A stretch of DNA of 64,000 nucleotides from assembly GCA_965215015.1 (NCBI GenBank), contig OZ244042.1:2336001-2400000 (forward strand), given 5' to 3'. This document shows, in pieces, positions 20,749 through 31,128 of the stretch; the stretch's first letter is position 1, and every line of letters starts with the position of its first letter. The stretch comes from Candidatus Poribacteria bacterium. GTDB taxonomy: Bacteria > Poribacteria > WGA-4E > PCPOR2b. The notes under the pieces are model-generated. The model worked only from the letters and a program-made list of their open reading frames with translations, was not told the origin of the DNA and searched no databases. The translations under genes were made by a program, and so were the position numbers.

Positions 20749-21379
20749 TTGATGCTTCCTCCTCGACGTTCGGGACTTCACTTTCCGCAACCTGTTCGCC
20801 TTTTCCTTTAGAGACCGAAACCATTGATGGACGAATCACGCGGTTATTTAACATATACCCTTTTTGCCACTCTTCAATAACTCTATTTTCGGGGACATCC
20901 TCTGATTCGACGTGCATCACCGCTTCATGTTGCGTAGGATCGAATGGTTCATTGACGGCTTCAATTGGGGTGACACCACGTTTTTCAAGGGTGCTAAGAA
21001 TGCCTTTGTAAATCATCCCAACTCCCTCAGCGAGGGCGGCAAAATCTTGAGATTCTTTTGTCGACTGGATCGCTCTTTCGATACTGTCTACGGTCGGGAT
21101 TAACTCTTTTACAAAGCTTTCAAGTGCGTATTTTAAGGATTCCTCTTTCTCACGTTCAGCCCGTTTTCTTGAATTATCGAACTCCGCAATGGTGCGAAGC
21201 ATCTGATCGTGTCGTGCCTCAAACTCGGCTTTATATGCCTCATATTCGGCTGTAAGCTTAGCAAGTGCCTCCGCTTCGGGTGAGTCTCCCGACTCATCGT
21301 TAATCGGTGGACTTTCTGCTGTTTCTGAATTGGCTGTTTGTGTTTCTGTTTCTTGCACTTCTGCTTTTTTTTCTGACAT
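20741..21379 (-). CDS. grpE: nucleotide exchange factor GrpE
   Basis: [34 protein letters not shown]. Confidence 0.96.
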   Translation of the reverse strand: MSEKKAEVQETETQTANSETAESPPINDESGDSPEAEALAKLTAEYEAYKAEFEARHDQMLRTIAEFDNSRKRAEREKEESLKYALESFVKELIPTVDSIERAIQSTKESQDFAALAEGVGMIYKGILSTLEKRGVTPIEAVNEPFDPTQHEAVMHVESEDVPENRVIEEWQKGYMLNNRVIRPSMVSVSKGKGEQVAESEVPNVEEEASNE

Positions 21380-21433
21380 AGGTATAACCTCTCTAAGGGA
21401 TAGCTACAAAGTAGTCTTCACATCTTGCCGGTA

Positions 21434-22474
21434 CTACAGTGATTCTTCAAACAATTCACTAATCATCCGGGATGTAAATTTGACAATTGATACGATACGC
21501 GGATACGCCATCCGGGTCGGCCCAATGACACCTATGGTCCCAAACTGATTCCCTCGTACCCGGTAGCTTGATCTTACGATACTGCACATTTCCATACCTT
21601 CACAACCGTTTTCACTACCAATGAGTACCTGAATTCCAAGGGGTTCTTGCCGAGCGGACAACAAATCGGCAACCTGCTCCTTCTGTTCTAAGACTCGAAA
21701 TAGCGATTCGATTTTCTGGACTTCTCCAAATTCAGGATGACTGAAGAAGTTGGAAGTACCATCAATATAAACATGAATTTCCTGCTCTAGCGCAAAGGTG
21801 TTCCGCGTGACAACCGATATTGGGTCTGACAGAGGGAGGTCGAAAACAGCTTTCAACTTTGCAGGGTCCTGTGAAATCCGCCGTATCTGTTTCAATGGCA
21901 GCCCTGCTAACTTTTCATTTAATATCCGGTTTATCTGATAGAGTTCCGCATCGGACAGATTTTTAGGAATCGAAACGACCTGGTTCTTGACGACGCCAGA
22001 AGCCATCAGTAAAATCGCGAGTATGTGCTCACTGTCAATCGAGATAAGCTCAAGGCGGCGTAGGATACTCTCATGCAACTCTGGGCTCAAGACGACGCCG
22101 ATATGGTGCGAAATCGCAGACAGGATTTTGGAGGTCTGCTCCATGATCTCTTCAAAATCGTGACTAGATGAAGCGTAACTATCTCGGATAAATTGCCTGT
22201 CCCTTCGACTCAACTTCTGGTTGGTCATCAGGCGATCGACATAGACACGATAACCCTGCTCCGTTGGAACACGCCCGGCAGAGGTGTGAGGATGAGTCAG
22301 ATAGCCAAGCTCCTCGAGGGCCGCCATGGTATTCCTAAGCGTTGCCGCACTTAAGCCCATGTCATAGTCTTGCACAATTTTCTGTGAACTGACGGGCTCA
22401 GCTGTCCGATTATAGCAATCGATAATTGCTTCTAAAACGGCATGTTTTCGGGAATCTAGCACAGGAGTGATCAA
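21434..22474 (-). CDS. hrcA: heat-inducible transcription repressor HrcA
   Basis: EPVSS, ATLRNTMAALEELGYL, HTSAGRVPT, GVIGPTRMAY. Confidence 0.96.
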   Translation of the reverse strand: MITPVLDSRKHAVLEAIIDCYNRTAEPVSSQKIVQDYDMGLSAATLRNTMAALEELGYLTHPHTSAGRVPTEQGYRVYVDRLMTNQKLSRRDRQFIRDSYASSSHDFEEIMEQTSKILSAISHHIGVVLSPELHESILRRLELISIDSEHILAILLMASGVVKNQVVSIPKNLSDAELYQINRILNEKLAGLPLKQIRRISQDPAKLKAVFDLPLSDPISVVTRNTFALEQEIHVYIDGTSNFFSHPEFGEVQKIESLFRVLEQKEQVADLLSARQEPLGIQVLIGSENGCEGMEMCSIVRSSYRVRGNQFGTIGVIGPTRMAYPRIVSIVKFTSRMISELFEESL

Positions 22475-22501
22475 CAGGATCGCCTCAATTTGCAGGGTAT
22501 T

Positions 22502-22528
22502 TTAGCACTCTGCTCTTGAGAGTGCTAA
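22502..22528. promoter_or_regulatory. CIRCE operator
   Basis: Perfect TTAGCACTC-N9-GAGTGCTAA immediately upstream of hrcA. Confidence 0.97.
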
Positions 22529-22534
22529 CGAGTT

Positions 22535-22563
22535 AAATTACCATTTTCAGAGGGATTTGTCAA
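22535..22563 (-). promoter_or_regulatory. sigma70 promoter of hrcA operon
   Basis: Minus strand TTGACA-N17-TAATTT with TG extended -10, just upstream of CIRCE. Confidence 0.75.
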
Positions 22564-22966
22564 GCAAAATGTCATGGTCATAAAAATTAACAAGTGGGCA
22601 ACAAAACAAAAAGGGAACGTAGCAGACGGAGAATTGGTTACATTACAAATTGGGGTGCTCATAATAATAGTCTGAATCTCGGATTAAGCAGAGGACGCAG
22701 ATTGCACGGATTCTTGGCCCGCGCGGGTTAGAAACCCACAACCGTATAGGTTAAGTCGATTGCCGGTCTATATTCACATCTCGACAAAATACGGTTGCGC
22801 CACAATCTTGGCTCAATCAACCCGGAACCTCTAGATATTGTCGATTTTGGAAAATCGACCTACAAAAGTCTTGATTGTCTGGTTGTGATGAAATGTCAAC
22901 AGAGCCTAGCAACTTGGGTTATCTTTAACTGAATACGCTCGAATTTTCAATAGGTAACTGCTTCGA

Positions 22967-24778
22967 CTATCCCACCTCTTGCCCTTTGTATTGAAGCTGA
23001 TACAACCGATAGTAAATCCCTCGTTGCTGTAGCAGTTCATTGTGCGTCCCCATCTCCTGAATCTCACCGCGGTGCAGGACGATGATCTTATCCGCATTTT
23101 GAATGGTCGACAGCCGGTGTGCAATCGCGATTGATGTCCGATTTGCCATCAGGCGACTCAGGGCGTCCTGAACGAGGAGTTCGGTTTCGGTGTCCACGCT
23201 GGAGGTTGCCTCATCGAGAATCAGTATATCGGGATCGGAAGCCAGCGCACGTGCGAAGGCAACGAGCTGCTTTTGCCCAACCGATAGCCCCGCTCCGCCC
23301 TCTTTGATTTCTGTTGCGTAGCCCTCCGGCATTCTCTGCACGTACCTATCTAGATGAACCTCTTTTGCAGCGGCGATGGTCTGCTCCTTTGAAATCTCGG
23401 GATTGTCCAGATTGATATTCTTCTCAATGGTCCCGGAAAATAGGAAAATATTCTGCTGCACAATGTTGATAGCACGGCGGAGGTCTGCCAACTCTATCTC
23501 CCGAAGATCTATGCCATCAATTAGAACTTGGCCCCGGCTCACTTCATAAAATCGACATAACAGGTTGATAATCGATGTTTTGCCGGACCCGGTATGCCCC
23601 ACAAATGCGACCTTTTCGCCCGCCTTCACCTTGAAGGAGACATCGCGCAGGACATAATTCTCTGCGTTATAGGCGAGCCAGACATTGCGGAACTCGATCT
23701 CGCCGTTTAACCCGTCTAATGCTTTGGCTGGAGTTGGGTTGACAATATTCGGCTGCGTATCCATCAAATCAAAGATCCGTTCAGACGACGCCATCGCGTT
23801 TTGGAAGATCGTGTATTTCTCACTGAGCTCACGAATGGGCCAGAACAATCGCTGACTGTATTGGATGAAAGCGAACAATACGCCGAAAGTCATCGCATCT
23901 TGCAGAATCTGCCCGCCACCATACCAGATAATAACCGCCAGTGCAAGCGAGCCACAGACTTCGATCATCGGAGAGAAGAGCGAGAAGTAGAAGATGCTAC
24001 GCAGGTTTGCGCCGAGGTATTGCTTATTCCTCTCATCGAATTGCAGCCAGCTGCGCGGCTCCCGCGCAAACAGCTGCATCGTTGTCATGCCGACGATATT
24101 TTCGTTCAGGAAGGCATTAATCTGGGCAAGATACCTGCGCTGATCGCGGAAAGCGCGACGGGAATAGACCTGATAAACAGTCGTTGCCGCAAAGATGATC
24201 GGTAACACAGTAAAAGTTACCAACGCCAGCTTCCAATTCAAGAGTAGCATCGCTACCACGTAGCCGAAGATACTGAGTAAGTTCCCAAAGACCGTAATAA
24301 CTCCGGAGGTAAATAGCTCTTTTAGTACCTCCACATCGCCCATGACACGGGTCATCAGTCTACCCACCGGATTGTTGTCAAAGAAACGGACATCCAACCG
24401 CTGCAGATGTGAAAAGAGCGACATGCGCATGTCATACATCGCTTTCTGCCCGACTATCTGCATTCCGTATTCTTCAAAATAGGTAAATATGAATCTCGCC
24501 ACTAGAACGAGCACATAATAGATTGCAATCGTTTCCAGTCCCTGCAGATTTCCCGGCTGAATATGGTTATCAATTCCAAGCTGTGTCAGATAGGGCAGCA
24601 ACGCTTCAGATGCCGAGTAGCCAATCATCAAAAGCACGATGAACGCAACTTCAAGCCGATACGGTTTTAGGTAAGCGATCAGCCGTTTCATCAACTCCCG
24701 ATCATACACTTTACCGAGCTGGTCTTCTTCTTCGCTATAGTCGTAGAGTTGACTACCACTACCACCGCTACCAAACAT
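22967..24778 (-). CDS. ABC exporter ATPase/permease, subunit B of a heterodimeric multidrug-type pair
   Basis: GHTGSGKT, LSVGQKQL, ILDEATSSVD; YDRELMKRL N-terminus typical of the second half. Confidence 0.9.
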   Translation of the reverse strand: MFGSGGSGSQLYDYSEEEDQLGKVYDRELMKRLIAYLKPYRLEVAFIVLLMIGYSASEALLPYLTQLGIDNHIQPGNLQGLETIAIYYVLVLVARFIFTYFEEYGMQIVGQKAMYDMRMSLFSHLQRLDVRFFDNNPVGRLMTRVMGDVEVLKELFTSGVITVFGNLLSIFGYVVAMLLLNWKLALVTFTVLPIIFAATTVYQVYSRRAFRDQRRYLAQINAFLNENIVGMTTMQLFAREPRSWLQFDERNKQYLGANLRSIFYFSLFSPMIEVCGSLALAVIIWYGGGQILQDAMTFGVLFAFIQYSQRLFWPIRELSEKYTIFQNAMASSERIFDLMDTQPNIVNPTPAKALDGLNGEIEFRNVWLAYNAENYVLRDVSFKVKAGEKVAFVGHTGSGKTSIINLLCRFYEVSRGQVLIDGIDLREIELADLRRAINIVQQNIFLFSGTIEKNINLDNPEISKEQTIAAAKEVHLDRYVQRMPEGYATEIKEGGAGLSVGQKQLVAFARALASDPDILILDEATSSVDTETELLVQDALSRLMANRTSIAIAHRLSTIQNADKIIVLHRGEIQEMGTHNELLQQRGIYYRLYQLQYKGQEVG

Positions 24779-24955
24779 AGATAAATCCTCCTTCGTTCAT
24801 GTTAAGAAATCGTGCAAAAGAGCCCCCTTTAAGCTCTCCTCTAATCCCCCACAAGTGGGGAGAACCAACCCTCCTCCCCTCGCCTGCGGGAGACTAGAGG
24901 AGGGACCGGTTTCTCTTCGTGTTTTGTACTCTCTTTTTGCAGGAACCTTCCCCTT

Positions 24956-26113
24956 TTACCGAAATCTTGCAATCTAAAGTCCCGTCTTTTAAGGCAGAGA
25001 TACATATTGGCAAAGCGTGTTGATGGCAGCCTGTTAGGTGATACCTAACAGGCGTAGAAAACGTTGAATTTGCAGGTGAAATGGGGTACAATTGGCTTGT
25101 CTTTCGCGAGGGAATGCTACACCGTCGCTTGGCAGTATCCCTCACATTCTACAGCATAGAGAAAGACATTCCCATGAAACCTATAAATTCAAATGCTATC
25201 ACAATCATGGCAATCGAGAACTACATAAGCAAATAGGAACCTATGTGCATATCTACAATCACTGTATTGCGCTTCATAGACGCGCTCCTGCCAAAAAACA
25301 GATGATGCGTCCTTTCACGAAACTCAAACAGTTGTCCCAATATGCTCACGGTATGAACTTGGTGGCCCCACGGCGATTCAAGACGTAATAGCGCGAATAG
25401 ACAAAGGCTAGCAGTAATTCTTCCGCAACCTGAGTATAGCCACGACGGGTAAAAGCGGGGGCTTCGACTTCGGGTTAACAACCTATCTCCCTGTCTTAGG
25501 TGCTAACGATGTAGAGTCGCCACAGTTCCTCAAACGGAGTTGCAAAGTTGTCAAGCAAACGTCAAAACGGCATTCATGCCCAAAGAAACGAAGTGGCAAT
25601 TGTGAACAGACAAGACGCAAGCTGGCACGGCAGCATCGGAAAATAGCGAATTGATGTGAAGATTTCACTGGAAACTTGCTCATCAATTCACTGATGCGTA
25701 TAACCATTTATCCTTTGAAACGCTAAACCTAAGTGGCATGAAAAGCCTTTGGGGACGTAAGGTCAGCGATCTGGGTTTCGGTGATTTGATGAATAAGTGG
25801 TGATACATCGTTGACAAAAAAGGTAAAAGATTGCGTGCATTGCCCCGTGGTCTCCGCCCTCACGAGCTTGTAGCGAATGTGGCTTTATGAATGGAAATCT
25901 TGAGCTTCGTGATAGAACGTGGCAATGTCCGGTCTGCGACACAGAGTTGGCTATTGACCGCAATTCGTCGGTCAATAGCCATAGGGTTAGTCCCTCAACC
26001 CTTGAAAGGAGAGGACATAAGAGGGGGTTCGCTGTCCAGCCCTTGTCGATAGCACAGTTCGCGTCCCGAAGGAAGGGGACAATCCCCGTCCTTCAGGGTG
26101 GGGAGTCTGTCAA
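24956..26113 (+). mobile_element. tnpB: decayed IS200/IS605-family element with tnpB pseudogene
   Basis: TTAC followed by left-end hairpin (~24956-25015); ATG 25174 MKTYKFKCYHNHGNRELHKQI-like start with frameshift; CSECG...RDRTWQCPVC...DRNSSVN Zn finger/RuvC-III remnant; right end AATCCCCGTCCTTCAGGGTGGGGAGTCTGTCAA. Confidence 0.85.
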
Positions 26114-26307
26114 TCTCTACACATTACAAGGCCTGTAAGTGATGCTGTCTTTCTTCCCAATCGGGGAACATGAAATTCTTGAACATTTTTCCTGGCTTAT
26201 GCTTGCTGCCTGTATGATAAAGCATTATAGGCAATTAGATGAAAATTGTCAAGAAATCTGATAATAGCAAATAGGGAAATTGCATCCGTTATAGAGATTA
26301 GGTAGTT

Positions 26308-26529
26308 GAGGGGTGCTCATAGTAATTGTCTGAATCACGGATTAAACGGATGACACGGATACAGATAGGGGCTCAGGCGAGAGATGGACAAGATGCCCTA
26401 CCGACGTGGTTGAAGGTGCTTTGTTTTTCCCAATTATGGTTGGAAGTTTAATGACAGTTAGGTGTTAGCCAAGCCATATCCCGTAACGATTGTGTGGTTT
26501 ACGGCACGCGGGGCGTGCCTACTACTTTA
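26308..26529 (+). mobile_element. MITE copy (GAGGGGTGCTCATA terminus, right TIR lost)
   Basis: Aligns by eye with 35710-35940 and 42024-42265. Confidence 0.75.
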
Positions 26530-26638
26530 CAGATTTCAGCGAGGGCAGGATCTGTAGCTACGATTAGATTTCCATTATCGTATACCAAAGTCATATACAC
26601 TATGGACATGCGATTGTCCTGCCGCGTAGCAAGATCTC

Positions 26639-27634
26639 TTGACAGCGTCTAGGCAAACCCAAGCATTTATGCTTGGGTCCAATGGGTTAATTTTTGTTGA
26701 TTTTTTCCGGTAAATATGATAGAATCGGCCTGTCTTTCAGTGGGAGAATGCAGCACTAAGTGGTGCCTCCCACACCTACACACCCACTGCATAGGACACG
26801 ACAGATAGAAAGACAATCCCATGTTAAAAACTCGCAAAATCGCCTTGGCAGATTTGGAGGAGGGGTTAGCCACAGGTGAATGGCATTCTCCTATAGACCT
26901 CTGTCGCTGTTTCAATGCTATCAAGTATGAATACCACTGGGGTGTGGCGATATGGCATAGAATGCCTCAAAGCATGCGATTTACACCCATCTAAAAGATG
27001 CGATAGGCAGATGGCAGTCCGATCAAAACCGATTCCTTAAATTTAAGAAGGGGTCACACCGGTCAAAGCTACCAAGTAGATAGTGGTCAAGGGACAATCT
27101 CTGTTGTAGGTTGGCGGATTAAATTCCCAAAATCGGTTGGATCCGCTTATGTCAATCCCTACGCCTCGCTTAGCAGGCGCAGAAGGTTGAGTCCTCCCCG
27201 CTTGCGGAGGATAGAGGGGGTAGAGGGGGGCGTTCCGAATCACATCACCTATATCCGACAAGACGCACACCCTAAACGACCACAACGATTGTAAATAGTG
27301 CCGAGCGGATAGGTATCAAGATGATTCAAGCGGATACCTTACTACTCTTCGACTCAGATCTGTTCTGCATGTCGCACAATAAACAGTGCCTCTCACCATC
27401 AGATAGAACATACCATTGCAGTGAATACGGTTACACACAAGATGGAGACCTAACGCTGCAATAAACCTCAGAACCCTTGCCGTGGGATACACGGGGCGGC
27501 TAAACGCTTGTGAAGATTCCATAAGACCTCAGCTGTCGAGGCACGAATCGCCGAGCTAAGAAGATAGCACAGGGTAACTGCTACTGTTCAGCCTATCATA
27601 AGAATCCCAATGTTTTAACATTGGGAGCAGTCAA
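26639..27634 (+). mobile_element. tnpB: second decayed IS605/IS1341-type element with tnpB fragments
   Basis: TTGAC + left-end hairpin ACCCAAGCATTTATGCTTGGGT; MLKTRKIAL at 26821; C-terminal SSTQICSAC...DRTYHCSEYGYTQDGD-NAAINLRTLAVG; right end AATCCCAATGTTTTAACATTGGGAGCAGTCAA. Confidence 0.8.
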
Positions 27635-27663
27635 CCTTAAAGGTTTGGACTGGGCCGAAAGGA

Positions 27664-28851
27664 ATGAAAATGAATACCAATCAATCACCGGCGGCGGAAC
27701 CTTACCGCGCCCCTGCTTTTGCTGATGCGAAGCCTGAACTTTCCGCTCCCGGAGCCACGCTAGAGCGGTTGGAACACCTGAGGGAGCACGGTTTTGTCAT
27801 CATCAACGATTTTGTCGATAACCCCTGGATCCCGATCCTGCGTGAAGCAGGCCGCCGCGTCACCGAAGCGTGTGCGCCCGAGCACGTCTACAGCAAAATC
27901 GACTGCTCGAAAGGCTACGTGCACCGCACAGGACAGGATCAGCCGTGGGCGATTCGCGGGCTGATCCATCCGGCTTTCAATGAACCCAGTTTTGCTGAAT
28001 TCCACGGCTCTTCAGATTTTCTAGATTTTGTCTCCTCTTGGTGTAATGGGTTACAGCCAGAGGATATGGTGCTCGGTGGACTGCTGCTGTGGTGCAATCC
28101 CCGGACGCACGAGAATCAACTCGGTTGGCATCGAGACGTAACGTGGTGGGGCACCGGGGAGAAATACTTTGCACAGCGCGAGGTCCGAGGGGAGGGACCT
28201 GAGGCGTATTCTGAGGAGACCGAAAGAATCCGCTGGAAAGAAATCGTCGCGAATAACGCGAAGTCTATCACAGAACGAAATGGCGTGAGCATGTTCTTGG
28301 CACTGGCGGACGACGAATGCCACGAGTTAGTAGTGGGTAGCCACAATCGATGGCGTACACCGTTGGAGCATGACGTACTTCTGCCGAGAGGGATGAAAGA
28401 TCAGGGTGTACCGCACACGCCGAGTTGGAACGGCGAAGACCCGTTGCCTGGGCAGGTTGCAATCCGGCTCAAAGCGGGGGAAGCCCTTATCCGTAATGGC
28501 ACAACAATCCACACCGGACACACTATCCCTCAGCGTGAGCGGAATACCTTGTCAATCGGTTGGTCGAAGTGGTCAGGCGAGTTCACCGGGGAGCCATCGG
28601 TGGCGGACGTGCGCCACGCGTGGCAACTCGATCCCGCCGTGCGCGAAGCGTTGCCGCACAAATGGATGAAAATCGCTTGGGACCGTTGGGCGGAAACACA
28701 GAAGCTGGGAGATACGCTTGAGGACCGGTACACCGGGTTTGAAATCAAGCGCATCAAGGCTGGAAAGGTCATCGGTTGGCGTAGTGAATTGGAGCACCAA
28801 GCGGCGGCAGCCGGCGAGGCATGGGAACGCTTCCAGACCGCAGCGAGCTAG
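27664..28851 (+). CDS. phytanoyl-CoA dioxygenase family protein
   Basis: LREHGFVII, WHRD, VVGSH, LKAGEALI...IHTG. Confidence 0.8.
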   Translation: MKMNTNQSPAAEPYRAPAFADAKPELSAPGATLERLEHLREHGFVIINDFVDNPWIPILREAGRRVTEACAPEHVYSKIDCSKGYVHRTGQDQPWAIRGLIHPAFNEPSFAEFHGSSDFLDFVSSWCNGLQPEDMVLGGLLLWCNPRTHENQLGWHRDVTWWGTGEKYFAQREVRGEGPEAYSEETERIRWKEIVANNAKSITERNGVSMFLALADDECHELVVGSHNRWRTPLEHDVLLPRGMKDQGVPHTPSWNGEDPLPGQVAIRLKAGEALIRNGTTIHTGHTIPQRERNTLSIGWSKWSGEFTGEPSVADVRHAWQLDPAVREALPHKWMKIAWDRWAETQKLGDTLEDRYTGFEIKRIKAGKVIGWRSELEHQAAAAGEAWERFQTAAS

Positions 28852-28859
28852 GTTCTATT

Positions 28860-29011
28860 GAGATTTTTGGGTGTCGGAGACACCACTTAGGAGTGGTGCT
28901 GTATTCTTCCTCTGAAAGACAGGCTTATTCTATCATATTTACATATTTATCGGGAAAAATCAACCCATTGGACCCGAGCATAAATGCTTAGGCTTACCTA
29001 GATGTTGTCAA
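28860..29011 (-). mobile_element. solo left end of IS605-type element (inverted copy of 26639-26790)
   Basis: Minus strand TTGACAACATCTAGGTAAGCCTAAGCATTTATGCTCGGGTCCAATGGGTT...ATATGATAGAAT..GCCTGTCTTTCAG closely matches 26639 onward; TTGAC overlaps the ABC gene stop codon. Confidence 0.8.
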
Positions 29012-30750
29012 AGGGCTTCAAGCTCTTCTTGCAACAACTGTTTTTCATGGATACCGGCATAGATGCCATCACGGGCCAGTAACTCCTCATGCGTACCGCG
29101 TTCGACAATCTCCCCTTCGTCCAAGACGATAATTAAATCTGCCGCCTTGACTGTCGAAATGCGGTGCGATATGAGGAGTGTCGTGCGATCTTCCATAACC
29201 TCATCCAACCTTGTAAGGATGGTATCCTCTGTATTCGTGTCTACGCTTGCGAAAGCGTCGTCCAAGATCAAAATCTTCGGCTTAACCATAATTGCGCGGG
29301 CGAGCGCGGTCCGTTGTTTCTGGCCTCCTGAGATGGTTTGCCCGCGTTCCCCTAAGAACGTCTCTAGTCCATCGGGAAATTCCTCAATCTGCTCAAGGAG
29401 ATCTGCAGTGTGTGCGACATCCTTGACCTCGACTTCATTCGTATCGCCAACACCGTAGGTGATGTTGTTCCGCAGGAGGTCGGAAAAGAGGAAGGGTTCC
29501 TGCTCAACGACACCGATACTTGATCTCAAGAGTTGGAGCGGGATATCTTGAATATCGACACCGTCGATGAAGACCATGCCCCGCTCCGCTTGACGGATGC
29601 GAGGGATAAAGTTGATTAAGGTGGTCTTACCGCTGCCGGTCGCACCGACAATTGCAACCGTGGACCCGCGCGGAATCTCGAGGTTGATATTTTTGAGTAC
29701 CGGCTCCCCGCGCGGATAAGCGAAGTTGAGATGTCTAAATTCGATTTCGCCATGAATCGTTTTGATGTCTTGGCGTACCGTTTCTCCATCGGCGATTTCG
29801 GGCTGTACATCGAGAATTCTGCGGATTCTTTCCATTGAAGCAGCACCACGTTCAAAGGTATTCACAATAAAACCAAATGTAATCATCGGACGGATGAACA
29901 TCATCAGATAGGCGTTGAAAGATATGAAGTCGCCCAACGTGATTTGTCCCTCGACTACGCGGACGCCGCCGAGCCAGAGGAGAACAGCAACGCCAAGCCC
30001 GGGCAAGAATCGGAACAACGGAAAGAAAAAAGTTACCAATCGAATCTGGGCACGATTGCGTTCCACGAAGTCCCGGTTATATACTTCAAACTCCTCTACC
30101 TCGCTTTTCTCAAGCGTATACGCTTTGACAACGCGCACACCGGACAGGTTCTCCTGTACTTTGGTGTTCATTGTAGAAAAGCCTTCTTGGATCCGCTCAT
30201 AATGTTTGTGAACTCGCCTCCCCAATTCCTTAATCATGACAGCGAGGATTGGATACGGTAAAAGTGCCAACAACGTCAATTGTACGTCGATCTGCAGCAT
30301 AATTATCAGTGCCAGCAGAAAAAAAATAAGAGCGTCTGATGTATATGACACCGCGCTGCTGAGTACCATCCGGACGGCGTTCATGTCACTGGTCGCTCGC
30401 GCCATCAAATCTCCCGTGCGGGCATCCTGATAGTAGGACGCAGACAGTTTTTGAAGATGCGTGAAGAAATCGTTCCGAAGATGGTATTCCATCCGCCTCG
30501 CCGCACTTTGGATAACCTGACGCTGACCGAATCGAAGCATACCTCCAACCAGAGCAGCTCCCAAAATGAGTAGTGCGTAGAATAAGACCTTGAGAGGGGT
30601 AATGGCTCGAGCTAGGTCGTCAACAACCCACTTCAAAAACTTTGGCTGCACCACAATCACCGCATTTGTCGTGAGCACAAAGAAAAAGCTCACGATAACA
30701 GCGGATCGATAGCGAATAACATACGGTTTGAGATGTAATAAGCTGCGGAT
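29008..30750 (-). CDS. ABC exporter ATPase/permease, subunit A of heterodimeric pair
   Basis: GATGSGKTT, ISGGQKQR, degenerate Walker B ILDDAFASVD; frame open to ATC at 30750 with SD AAGGAG 9 nt upstream. Confidence 0.88.
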   Translation of the reverse strand: MRSLLHLKPYVIRYRSAVIVSFFFVLTTNAVIVVQPKFLKWVVDDLARAITPLKVLFYALLILGAALVGGMLRFGQRQVIQSAARRMEYHLRNDFFTHLQKLSASYYQDARTGDLMARATSDMNAVRMVLSSAVSYTSDALIFFLLALIIMLQIDVQLTLLALLPYPILAVMIKELGRRVHKHYERIQEGFSTMNTKVQENLSGVRVVKAYTLEKSEVEEFEVYNRDFVERNRAQIRLVTFFFPLFRFLPGLGVAVLLWLGGVRVVEGQITLGDFISFNAYLMMFIRPMITFGFIVNTFERGAASMERIRRILDVQPEIADGETVRQDIKTIHGEIEFRHLNFAYPRGEPVLKNINLEIPRGSTVAIVGATGSGKTTLINFIPRIRQAERGMVFIDGVDIQDIPLQLLRSSIGVVEQEPFLFSDLLRNNITYGVGDTNEVEVKDVAHTADLLEQIEEFPDGLETFLGERGQTISGGQKQRTALARAIMVKPKILILDDAFASVDTNTEDTILTRLDEVMEDRTTLLISHRISTVKAADLIIVLDEGEIVERGTHEELLARDGIYAGIHEKQLLQEELEAL

Positions 30751-30784
30751 ATAGCATCACTCCTTTCTTTAACACTTTTATGGA

Positions 30785-31092
30785 TAGGGCTTACGCAGTT
30801 GAACCCTCGAAGCCGACACCAGAAAAGGTCGCGCAATGTTCCTGGTGGGATGAGCTATGACTTTTGCGCTAGAGTCATAGTATCCTCGGCGATTCATCGC
30901 CGGTGAACCTGCCTCTCAATCTCCCATGAATCGGGCGACGACCGTTAATCCCAAAGTAGTCGGCACGCTCCGCGTACCCTCCCTCCGCTTGCGGAGGGTT
31001 AGGGGGCTTAGGGTTCTTAGCGGGGGAAGAAGGGTACTACCTTAAAGACGTACAATGAGCGCGTTACTACACACTGAAGTGCATAACTCCTA
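30785..31092. repeat. composite MITE/REP cluster bounded by TAGGGCTTACGCA...TGCATAACTCCTA
   Basis: Imperfect terminal inverted repeats like those at 56951-57138; internal GATTCATCGCCG, GGCACGCTCCGCGT and CCTCCGCTTGCGGAGG palindromes. Confidence 0.65.
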
Positions 31093-31128
31093 ATGGATTC
31101 AACTTCTGAGTATTTCATCTGATTCTAC

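Noticed and set aside
22552-22563. TTGACAAATCCC shared between hrcA promoter and island motif
   Set aside because: 12-bp match including the generic -35 box, no further similarity; likely chance
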